A stretch of DNA of 24,973 bases, taken from assembly GCA_030668875.1 (NCBI GenBank), contig DAOVER010000042.1, forward strand, positions 1 to 24,973, in the 5' to 3' direction. Positions 1 through 8,166 of the stretch are shown piece by piece. The notes under the pieces were generated by a model. It had not been told where the DNA came from. It worked only from the letters and a program-made list of their open reading frames with translations, and searched no databases. Made by a program: the position numbers and the translations under genes. Position 1 is the first letter of the stretch. Each line of letters opens with the position of its first letter. The stretch is from Candidatus Heimdallarchaeota archaeon. GTDB taxonomy: Archaea; Asgardarchaeota; Heimdallarchaeia; Heimdallarchaeales; Heimdallarchaeaceae.

Positions 1-1256
1 GGTCCAAAGGGAGAGATAACAGTTATATTATGCTTTCGTGCTCTGGCTCTTCTGATAGCTCTAATAATTCTATCAGGATGAGATTCTAAATCTGAAATTA
101 CTACAATATAGGCTGCACGTTTTACTCTTTGTAAGAGATAATCAATTGCAACTTCCAAATCCGCTTCTCCTTCAGGTTTAGCATGAGCAAGCGACTCTAG
201 AAACTGAAATAGACGAGATCTCACCGAAGTTATATCAACCCAATTCCTTATCTTATCATCATAGATACATAATCCTACTAGATCCTTTTTCTCGAATGCA
301 AGATGTATAAGAAGTACAGCACTTCGGATAGCATACTCTAGTTTAGTATTTCTAGGTAGACCTGCACCCATGCTTACAGAAGAATCTACTAACACAATCA
401 CACGTATATTCTCTTCAGATTCATATTCTCTAACCATCATCTTTCCTGAACGAGAGAAAGCTTTCCAATCTATAAATTTGAAAGGATCACCTGTCTGGTA
501 TTTTCGTATACCCCAGAAATCTGAACCCATACCTTTTATTTTTGTTCTATGGAAACCAAACAGAACACCTAGTTGTCTTTTCTTGCCAATCATTTCCAAT
601 TTCTTAATATCTTCATAACTTGGATAAACTAAGATTTCTGTCTTTGTAATTATCTCGCCTTCTGTAGCATAGAATCCCATTCGATCTCTTATAATAACTT
701 TAGTAGGACCTATCTCAAAAACACCTCTTATTGGGATTCTAACGACATATCCATAAGTTACTGTCTGTCTTGGATTCAGTTGCGTAACGATAAAATTTTC
801 ACCTAGAATTAAATCGAAAACTTCTGGAATTGCGTCATAAATCTCAACAGTTGGTAATTGATTTACGGATTTATTCCTAGCAGTCACCTCTATGTATACA
901 TAATCTCCTGCGAAAGCCTTGGGCTTTGAAACTTTTCTTGTTATTTCTATTGATTTTGGGTTAGCTCCTAATCTGTAAAATGGTAATCCTAACAGAACTG
1001 AAAAGATTAACATTACTCCACCGATTATGAAAAACCAGATTAGAGTTCCTTCTGTATCAAGATAGAAATGTAAGAAATCCATTATACCTATACCTTGATT
1101 TTCAGCAGGACCTCCAGTTGTTGTGGAGTTTACTTGGGGGTTTACACCAAATGAATCTAACATGGTATTTAGTGATAAGTAGCCCATTAGTGCAAAGCCT
1201 ACGCTAATCATTATGATTCCACCAAAGACTAGCCAACCACCTCGGCGTGTGAACAC
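1..1256 (-). CDS. DUF58 family protein (N-terminal TM segments, Ig-like domain, vWA-like domain), module 1; 3' end runs off the window
   Basis: Not in the ORF track; translated by hand. GTG at 1256 follows AGGTG, and the frame is open to base 1: MFTRRGGWLVFGG...KGMGSDFWGIRKYQTGDPFKFIDWKAFSRSGKMMVREYESEENIRVIVLVDSSVSMG...VVISDLE...ISPFG. Contains the DUF58 signature (R.Y..GD....IDWK..R...VRE) and MIDAS-like DSSVS; lies directly downstream of moxR. Confidence 0.92.
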   Translation of the reverse strand, partial: MFTRRGGWLVFGGIIMISVGFALMGYLSLNTMLDSFGVNPQVNSTTTGGPAENQGIGIMDFLHFYLDTEGTLIWFFIIGGVMLIFSVLLGLPFYRLGANPKSIEITRKVSKPKAFAGDYVYIEVTARNKSVNQLPTVEIYDAIPEVFDLILGENFIVTQLNPRQTVTYGYVVRIPIRGVFEIGPTKVIIRDRMGFYATEGEIITKTEILVYPSYEDIKKLEMIGKKRQLGVLFGFHRTKIKGMGSDFWGIRKYQTGDPFKFIDWKAFSRSGKMMVREYESEENIRVIVLVDSSVSMGAGLPRNTKLEYAIRSAVLLIHLAFEKKDLVGLCIYDDKIRNWVDITSVRSRLFQFLESLAHAKPEGEADLEVAIDYLLQRVKRAAYIVVISDLESHPDRIIRAIRRARARKHNITVISPFG

Positions 1257-1284
1257 TATATTACACCTAATTTGTTTATTTCAT

Positions 1285-2298
1285 TTATACTGGAACAGGT
1301 AAGTTTCGAAGTATTTCACTTACAACGATAGTTCCAGTTGTTCCTTCTAATTCTGCTTCTGGTTTCATTTGCAACCTATGGGCACTTGCGACTCTGGCAA
1401 CTCTTTTTACATCATCAGGGATAACGTAATCTCTACCTCTCATTGCTGCAACTGACTTAGATGCATTTAGAAGAGCTATACTACACCTTGGACTTCCGCC
1501 CAATGTTAGTCTAGGATCGGTTCGAGTTGCTATCACCATATTCTTGATATATTCAATAATATCGTCATGAACAAATATCTGGGTCTCAATGCATTCTTTC
1601 ATTTTAGTAATGGTCATAGGAGTTGTTACTCTACGAACTGACTGTTTGATCTGTTTATGCTTTAATAGAATAATCTCCTTTTCTTCTTCAGGAGTAGGTA
1701 AACCTACTAACAGCTTAAACATGAACCTATCGACTTGAGCTTCTGGTAAGGGATAAGTTCCTTCCTGCTCAATTGGATTTTGTGTGGCAATTACTAAAAA
1801 GGGATCATCTAGCTTGAAAGTTGTTCCTTCTACTGTTACCTGTTTTTCTGCCATTGCTTCTAACAATGCTGCTTGAGTTTTTGGTGGGCTTCTGTTAATT
1901 TCATCAGCCAACAAGATATTTGTGAATATTGGTCCTTTTCTCATCTTGAATGTTCCAGCTTTTGGATCATAGATAGTAGTTCCTACTACATCTGATGGCA
2001 AAAGGTCTGGAGTAAATTGCACTCTTTTGAATTCACATCCAAGAGTTAGAGAAAAACTATTAGCCATTACGGTTTTTGCAATTCCCGGAACGCCTTCTAG
2101 TAGACAGTGTCCTCCACCAAGTAGAGCGATAAACATATCTTCTAGAACATCAACTTTTCCGATAATTACACGTCTTAGTTCGTTATATATTTCTTCCCAG
2201 ACTCTCTTTACGTCTTTTGGTGTAACAACTGCTTCTGTTGCTGTCTTTGCTTTCGCTTTTCCTTTTGTTTCACTTGTTTCTTCACTCATTTTTTTCAC
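1285..2298 (-). CDS. moxR: MoxR-family (MoxR-proper) AAA+ ATPase, copy 1; ATG at 2289 is an alternative start
   Basis: Walker A LLEGVPGIAKT, RVQFTPDLLPSD, Walker B ILLADEINRSPPKTQAALLEAM, ATQNPIEQEGTYPLPEAQVDRF and C-terminal GRDYVIPDDVK are all MoxR hallmark motifs. Confidence 0.96.
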   Translation of the reverse strand: MKKMSEETSETKGKAKAKTATEAVVTPKDVKRVWEEIYNELRRVIIGKVDVLEDMFIALLGGGHCLLEGVPGIAKTVMANSFSLTLGCEFKRVQFTPDLLPSDVVGTTIYDPKAGTFKMRKGPIFTNILLADEINRSPPKTQAALLEAMAEKQVTVEGTTFKLDDPFLVIATQNPIEQEGTYPLPEAQVDRFMFKLLVGLPTPEEEKEIILLKHKQIKQSVRRVTTPMTITKMKECIETQIFVHDDIIEYIKNMVIATRTDPRLTLGGSPRCSIALLNASKSVAAMRGRDYVIPDDVKRVARVASAHRLQMKPEAELEGTTGTIVVSEILRNLPVPV

Positions 2299-2320
2299 TT
2301 TTCCTTAAGTTATTTTTATC

Positions 2321-4120
2321 TTATAATCTATCAATTAATCCTTTAATAAATGTCATATATCTCATAAACACTAGTTCAGATATGAATCTTGGCCTAGCAA
2401 GATATGCATCTATTCTTACTAAATTATCATAAAGATCCTTAAATCTCATTGAGGGATATTTTATACTGAAGTATTCTGCTATTTCTTCTGGCGAAGACAT
2501 TGATTGTTTTGACATTTTTCTTAAACCTCTTACCAGTGATCTATACAGAAGACCAACAGCTTCACTATATGCACCTGTGCCAACTATTCGCCGTATCTCT
2601 CTCTCAAAACGTGATTTTCCTTGTTCTCCTCTATATTTTGTCCATAACACTGGGGATAATCGTGTTTTCTTTGGTATTAATGGGTAAGCAATTACTGCAA
2701 GCAAGACAGGTACAAAGGGCGAATAAAGTGGAAACATCGACATTTCAGTAATAAATTTCATTATTGCCATGGAGTATACTGAAGGACTGTAAAACTTTTG
2801 ATGAGCATGACCTTCATCGAAGATAATAGGGATAGCACTTCCTACAGTTACATTCATATCGCTTGCTAAATAGTTGAACAAATTCCTACTAAATATCAAA
2901 TTGTCATTTTCTTCGGTTTTGTCAATCCATTTGTTAATGAAAATGTCAGGATCACCAATCATTACTATTTTGCCTAACCCTATTGGTAAGGTCATAATTG
3001 GAGCAAACATAACATTTCCCCACTCATCCGCATCAGGAAAGGCTTCACCGTCTTTCGCTGATTGGAAATCAGATTCCATCCATGCAGATCTTGAAGTATA
3101 GAACGGAAGGAAGGGGAGAAACATATCTTCTATTTCGAAACCAAATAATTCCAATGAAATAGCTTGTAACGGCATCCAGTCAGTTTTTTCTTCTCCAGTT
3201 ATGGTGTCATTGTGTCTGATAGCCAAACTCAAAACTGTTCCAAACTCCATTTGCAAACCTTTGGATATACCTTCAGTTAGAGGATTTGATGTTTCCATAT
3301 TCCTTAGAATCGGTTGAGCAGGATTTGTTGTATATGTTTCAGCATCCATGAGAACTGATCCATTAAATGCAAAACCTCTCAACATTCCCAACATACTGAA
3401 TATCAGTGTTTCAGGACCACCTGTCTGATTTTCTCCACCAAATCCAAATAAATCTAATAAGGAGGGGATTGTTCCATTACTAAGATCAGCTACATCATCC
3501 CAACTATTAAGTAGTGAGAAGAATGGTTCGAAAATCTGTGCTCCCGTACCATAATCATCTGCTATAACCAAACTACCTCCTCTTGCCAAGAATGTTACTA
3601 AAGATATTGTATCAATAGTACCGTAATTTGCTGCAGGACCAATGATTGCGACAATTCCAGGATCAGAAAGACGATTTAGTACCGCAAGTGAGGACATACC
3701 ATTTGTGATATTATAGCCTTCGCTTTCCAAATTAGATCTTAAGCTGGTTAATCCATCCCAGCCTTCATTATAAATACTGAACTTTGTTCCATATCCAGCT
3801 AAGCCAACCAGTCCCAGTAAGATGGGTACCACAATAATAATAAAAAGTATAAACATTGCAATGGAATATTTTGAGAAGTTTCTAACGAATTCAGACATCA
3901 AGTATATAGTCAGAATCACAATAGTTACCACTATCATCATAGCTCCAATTTCTCGAGAAAATATGTAAGCTACAATTGTTCCTACAATAGCCAAGATTTC
4001 GACCACTATGAATAAAGCTAACTTTTTCGGAGATATTTGTATGTTTATTCTCTTCTTAGCCTCTGGTCTTGATCTTCTTTCTCTTGACTTGTTTCTTTGT
4101 TTGTTGTCTGGCTGGTTCAA
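2321..4120 (-). CDS. DUF4350-type membrane protein: 3 N-terminal TMs, extracellular GATase-like/GIFT-like domain, TM, then a cytoplasmic DUF4129-like tail; TTG start
   Basis: Motifs FSIYNEGWDGLTSL, GGSLVIADDYGTG, GKIVMIGDPDIFIN and IIFDEGH are typical of archaeal DUF4350 proteins. Sits immediately upstream of moxR. TTG at 4120 follows GGTG. Confidence 0.75.
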   Translation of the reverse strand: MNQPDNKQRNKSRERRSRPEAKKRINIQISPKKLALFIVVEILAIVGTIVAYIFSREIGAMMIVVTIVILTIYLMSEFVRNFSKYSIAMFILFIIIVVPILLGLVGLAGYGTKFSIYNEGWDGLTSLRSNLESEGYNITNGMSSLAVLNRLSDPGIVAIIGPAANYGTIDTISLVTFLARGGSLVIADDYGTGAQIFEPFFSLLNSWDDVADLSNGTIPSLLDLFGFGGENQTGGPETLIFSMLGMLRGFAFNGSVLMDAETYTTNPAQPILRNMETSNPLTEGISKGLQMEFGTVLSLAIRHNDTITGEEKTDWMPLQAISLELFGFEIEDMFLPFLPFYTSRSAWMESDFQSAKDGEAFPDADEWGNVMFAPIMTLPIGLGKIVMIGDPDIFINKWIDKTEENDNLIFSRNLFNYLASDMNVTVGSAIPIIFDEGHAHQKFYSPSVYSMAIMKFITEMSMFPLYSPFVPVLLAVIAYPLIPKKTRLSPVLWTKYRGEQGKSRFEREIRRIVGTGAYSEAVGLLYRSLVRGLRKMSKQSMSSPEEIAEYFSIKYPSMRFKDLYDNLVRIDAYLARPRFISELVFMRYMTFIKGLIDRL

Positions 4121-4508
4121 CTAATTCTACACCTTGTTCTCTAATTCCACGGAAACATATATCTAATCTCTGGATGGCCTCTTGATAGTCATCATATGTT
4201 ATTTCAGTGTCAGTATATCTAGCAATTTCAAAGGATGTAAGATACTCGTCCATAACTTCTGTGGAGATATTAGCTCTATTAGCAACTGAAAAACCGAATT
4301 CTCTTCCAGTTTGATAAATTGCACGGGACATACTAAGTAACCCATGAGCAATGTTATTTAATCCTCCAAAGGAAGCTATAACGGCACCTTTGTAATCTTG
4401 TCTTTGCTCAAATATCCTTACATCTGCCATGACAGATGTAAACATCTGGTTTAATGATTTAACTTGTTTTCTTTTCTTGAAGAACCCAAAGATACCTCTA
4501 TGACTCAA
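4056..4508 (-). CDS. Stand-alone soluble DUF4129-like protein (150 aa); TTG start
   Basis: YKGAVIASF...QTGREF...FEIARY...IT..D aligns by eye with the DUF4129 tail of the upstream gene. GGTGA lies 8 nt before the TTG. No TM segment. Confidence 0.75.
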   Translation of the reverse strand: MSHRGIFGFFKKRKQVKSLNQMFTSVMADVRIFEQRQDYKGAVIASFGGLNNIAHGLLSMSRAIYQTGREFGFSVANRANISTEVMDEYLTSFEIARYTDTEITYDDYQEAIQRLDICFRGIREQGVELVEPARQQTKKQVKRKKIKTRG

Positions 4509-7500
4509 TTTTCATTTCACCTACTTCTATTTTATCTACTATTTTTAATAATGCACGTAATCCGGAATTGAAGTCATTTTCAGTTATTTCTTCATATCCA
4601 TATCGTGCTTTTTCGAAATATGAGAGAAGTGTATACATTATCTCTCGTTCAATTTTGCCTTTTTCAGCAAGCAATCGCGAAAACTCCCAAGGAGTTTGAC
4701 TTTTATATCTTGGTAAGTCGAAGAATTCTCGACCGATACCCTCTACCACTGTCCAGGTTTTTATTAGCCCCTCTTGGTATCTTCCTTCCAATCCATCTCT
4801 TTTGATATCTTCTATTATCTCTTTTAGATAGTCACGTAATCGGCGTCTGAAGGTTTGTTTCTTTGCATAAGATTGCAGAGAATGCCTATTAAACCACAGG
4901 AAAAGAATTGCAACAACTGCTACAATACCTCCTATAACACCTCCAATTATAGCACCGATACTACCTGTTATTCCACCAGGTGGTGGAGCGACAGGACTAT
5001 CATTAATAACAACCAAATTCACTGAAGTTGTGGATCTGGAATTTTCAACAGCATCTACTGCTTCAATAAAATATTCCAACAAAAAATTACCATAAAAAGG
5101 TAATTCTATATTTGAGAGATTAAATGTTGCCTCAAATACATCAGAGATTCCAACGCGGATCATAGTGATATTATAATCCACTTCATTATAGGTAATATGT
5201 AATATTACCCCTGATACTGAAGTGAGGACATCTGTCACTGTTGCAGAGAATTCAAGTACCGTATCAGGGGTTATATATGATACATTTCCCGCTACAGCGA
5301 CATTACTAATTGTGGGTGCATCACTATCAACAGCTTGCACGGTCTGCATTGATCCTAAGAGAGGATTTGATGCGGGTAATGCCGTATCATAGGCAATATA
5401 ATACCACTCATACTCGTAATTATATTGAAGCGTAAGCTGATAGAACCATTGATTGGTACTAGTAATATTAGTCATTAAAGCTACAATATAATCTGTTTGA
5501 TTCACAAGTGTAACTAAATTGTGACTATTAACATGAAGTGTGACATTTTTCATACCGCTCCAAACAATACTATCGTTGATGAATACAGTAATGTTAATGT
5601 ATGGGTTTGTGGGGTTACCAGAGGGTATAATAGTCGGTACTTGCTCCTCAAATGGTTCAATAAAATCACCTAGTTGGAAGGTATTGTAACCTGTATATGT
5701 ATTATTCCAATAATAATCTGCATCATAGTATAGAAGGGCGTTAGTTTGTTTTGCACCAAATTCATCTAAACCATGTCCTGCATAATCTTTCACTTCGACA
5801 TAGAATCTGACATAATATTGTGATTCTGCTACAGTTGCATTAATCATGCCTCTATACTGATCCCCTCCAACATGCCATAGCGTAAAGGATTGCCACCCGC
5901 CTACTGATGTATTACCTAGTGGCTCTAAATAATTAAAGAAAAACTCTACTGATCTAATTCCTGTGTCAATATCAATAACATAAATATCGAATTGAATGAT
6001 GAAATATGGATCGTGAATTCCAGGATCGTAAGGATCAGGAGTCACAACCTCACCTGTAACGGCTGGTCTGTTGTTATCAGGTCCATAAATATTAATTGTG
6101 CGAGTTATTGAGGTAGCTGGGGCATAATCACCACCAGAAGCTACTAACGACAGACCTGGATAAGCATGAGTGTCCTGAAGTATTGACAGAAAATTAAGAG
6201 CAGTGAAATCAACCCAATTCTTCGTTGAAGTAATTAGGAGATTGGATGTTTCAACATCACCACCATTTGTTAATGTAATGAAAATATTTACCTTTTCTGG
6301 TAATCTTAACCATTGATCAGTTACCATCAAAGTATAATTGTGAGTTGCATCAAGAGCTCCCCAGAAAGTACTATTAAATACAGTAGATGTTGTTCCATCT
6401 AAAATATTTGCTCCACTAGGATCAGTTAGAGTTAGTATAAGTGCAAAATAAGTATTGAATACAGAATTATTTAAAGCTCCAGCAACAACTGCATAACGAT
6501 AATCTGCTCCAGAAACAGCTAGAGCTGTAACTGTTATTGTTTTTGTTTGTGTCTCATTAGTGGAATAATCTGGAATGACAGTATCAACGTGTCTTGACCC
6601 TGTTGCAACAGAGTATGGTTGAACAATTGAATCAGGGAAGTTCAGTTGGAAACTAGATGATTGAGCAGGATTGCCATACTCATCATAAAGAGCAACATCA
6701 TAGCCAATATTATTGCCTGTTGTGTAATATCTTACGGCATCATCTAGATCTAAATCAATTCTTGTAATATTAACTGCTAATTGTCCCTCTAAACTATCAT
6801 GAGTTAAAGTTGATCCAACAAATTCATCCCCGTTAGGATCTATTAAGAAATTAAAAATAAGCACATCTGTTACATCAGATATGTTGGTACCATCAAAATA
6901 AAATGTATCTTGAATCTCAGCTGTAGGATTAGATGTTACATAATCGTTAGTATAAATAGTTCCCTCTCCAGCTCCAGAAATCGTCAGTCTGACAGTTGAA
7001 TCAGGTTCTAAGCCCAATTGTGAGGTTAGATTCGCATAAACTGTAATTGATGTACCTCCAATGATTTCAGTTGGAGTGTTAATTTTACTTGGTCCCACTA
7101 TAAAGTAGGCATCAACAACCACTTGGTTCTCTGTAGCATCTACAACAGTTTCATAAATCAATCTATCATTTTGAATATCGCTGGTTCCTTCGTCTGTAAA
7201 GAAATTATACCCAAGTTGATCAATATCATAATACGCTTCATAAGTGACATCATCTACCAAAACAGGGGCAGTATTTGAATAAAGATCTTGATTGGAGGAG
7301 AAAGTTCTGTTATTATCAAAATGTATACCGTCAAGTAACCAACCGACCTTAAGACTGTATTCTGTTCCAGTAGAATCGATAACTGTATCATTATCAAATA
7401 AAATTCGAGTATTAAATGAATAAGAAGCAGACGGATTTGTGACATCAACAGTTACATCTACTTTAATTTGTCCAAAATAGAAAACATTTACATCTCCTGG

Positions 7501-8166
7501 ACTCCCCGCCCCTCTCCCCATGCCTGGGTTACCATAGAACCATGCAAGAAGAGTAATTTCCCCAATCTTAGAGAAGGGGTCTATAGAAAGAGCGGAAGTA
7601 GTTAATTGGATAGTAAACTCGCCTTGAGCATTAGTTACAGCACTTCCAACTTGATATTGAGGTGTTTCATATGTTACAGGACTACTGATATATTGACTTT
7701 CAGTAACATTGTAGAAAAGCCAAACAGTTTCTCCGCCCCAATAATCTCCAACAACAATGCCTTGCAAAACGCCCTCTACATCAATGAGAGTGTCTCTAAG
7801 AATATATTCATTGGCTGTTGGAGATGTTATACTTTTCATTATCGTTGGCATTGTTTGAATTTCCGTGTCAACACCTTGAACTGTCAACTCACTATTTTTA
7901 GGAGAATAAATCACTTTATTTTCAGATTCGATTTCCGGTAGCACAGAATCTTCTACCAAATCTGGAAAATACTCATATCTAGTTGGCGCATATGTATTGT
8001 CAACTATGTTTTGTGACCCTTGCCCAAATATATATGTTGGAGAACTAATTTCGTCGTTTTGCTCTTTTATTATACTCTGAGTTTGTACAAAAGCAACTGT
8101 AGACAATTGTATAATGAGTATTAGAAAGAAAATCATTCCTGTTAGTTTTGTTCTAATACTCTTCAT
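4498..8166 (-). CDS. Large single-pass surface protein (1222 aa): signal/anchor, ~1050-aa acidic beta-rich ectodomain with Ig-like repeats, TM, C-terminal DUF4129 domain
   Basis: Hydrophobic N-terminus; about 22 NxS/T sequons counted by hand; TM GAIIGGVIGGIVAVVAILFLWF; tail QTPWEF...YFEKARYG. ATGA overlap with the upstream stop. Confidence 0.85.
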   Translation of the reverse strand: MKSIRTKLTGMIFFLILIIQLSTVAFVQTQSIIKEQNDEISSPTYIFGQGSQNIVDNTYAPTRYEYFPDLVEDSVLPEIESENKVIYSPKNSELTVQGVDTEIQTMPTIMKSITSPTANEYILRDTLIDVEGVLQGIVVGDYWGGETVWLFYNVTESQYISSPVTYETPQYQVGSAVTNAQGEFTIQLTTSALSIDPFSKIGEITLLAWFYGNPGMGRGAGSPGDVNVFYFGQIKVDVTVDVTNPSASYSFNTRILFDNDTVIDSTGTEYSLKVGWLLDGIHFDNNRTFSSNQDLYSNTAPVLVDDVTYEAYYDIDQLGYNFFTDEGTSDIQNDRLIYETVVDATENQVVVDAYFIVGPSKINTPTEIIGGTSITVYANLTSQLGLEPDSTVRLTISGAGEGTIYTNDYVTSNPTAEIQDTFYFDGTNISDVTDVLIFNFLIDPNGDEFVGSTLTHDSLEGQLAVNITRIDLDLDDAVRYYTTGNNIGYDVALYDEYGNPAQSSSFQLNFPDSIVQPYSVATGSRHVDTVIPDYSTNETQTKTITVTALAVSGADYRYAVVAGALNNSVFNTYFALILTLTDPSGANILDGTTSTVFNSTFWGALDATHNYTLMVTDQWLRLPEKVNIFITLTNGGDVETSNLLITSTKNWVDFTALNFLSILQDTHAYPGLSLVASGGDYAPATSITRTINIYGPDNNRPAVTGEVVTPDPYDPGIHDPYFIIQFDIYVIDIDTGIRSVEFFFNYLEPLGNTSVGGWQSFTLWHVGGDQYRGMINATVAESQYYVRFYVEVKDYAGHGLDEFGAKQTNALLYYDADYYWNNTYTGYNTFQLGDFIEPFEEQVPTIIPSGNPTNPYINITVFINDSIVWSGMKNVTLHVNSHNLVTLVNQTDYIVALMTNITSTNQWFYQLTLQYNYEYEWYYIAYDTALPASNPLLGSMQTVQAVDSDAPTISNVAVAGNVSYITPDTVLEFSATVTDVLTSVSGVILHITYNEVDYNITMIRVGISDVFEATFNLSNIELPFYGNFLLEYFIEAVDAVENSRSTTSVNLVVINDSPVAPPPGGITGSIGAIIGGVIGGIVAVVAILFLWFNRHSLQSYAKKQTFRRRLRDYLKEIIEDIKRDGLEGRYQEGLIKTWTVVEGIGREFFDLPRYKSQTPWEFSRLLAEKGKIEREIMYTLLSYFEKARYGYEEITENDFNSGLRALLKIVDKIEVGEMKIES
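5000..6078 (-). repeat. Three tandem degenerate Ig-like protein repeats (starting near residues 697, 834 and 947 of the 1222-aa protein)
   Basis: Recurring pattern D..P......V.D..(S/T)G(I/V)..V.(F/L)...Y/W...A.D: DNNRPAV...VIDIDTGIRSVEFF...EVKDYAGH; DFIEP...INDSIVWSGMKNVTLH...IAYDTA; DSDAPTI...VTDVLTSVSGVILH...EAVDAVEN. Similarity is at protein level only. Confidence 0.6.

Noticed and set aside
370-618. 82-aa plus-strand ORF
   Set aside because: Antisense shadow of the DUF58 gene (1-1256, minus), which the ORF track missed because it runs off the edge.
4498-4520. Possible frameshift fusion of the 1222-aa and 150-aa DUF4129 genes
   Set aside because: The downstream gene has its own GGTGA and TTG, and no slippery heptamer is evident; a simple 11-bp overlap is enough.
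8163-8166. TGA stop of the TGase-like gene as possible selenocysteine or read-through
   Set aside because: It is part of an ATGA start/stop overlap, as at 13135, 15480 and 16766, which indicates translational coupling.
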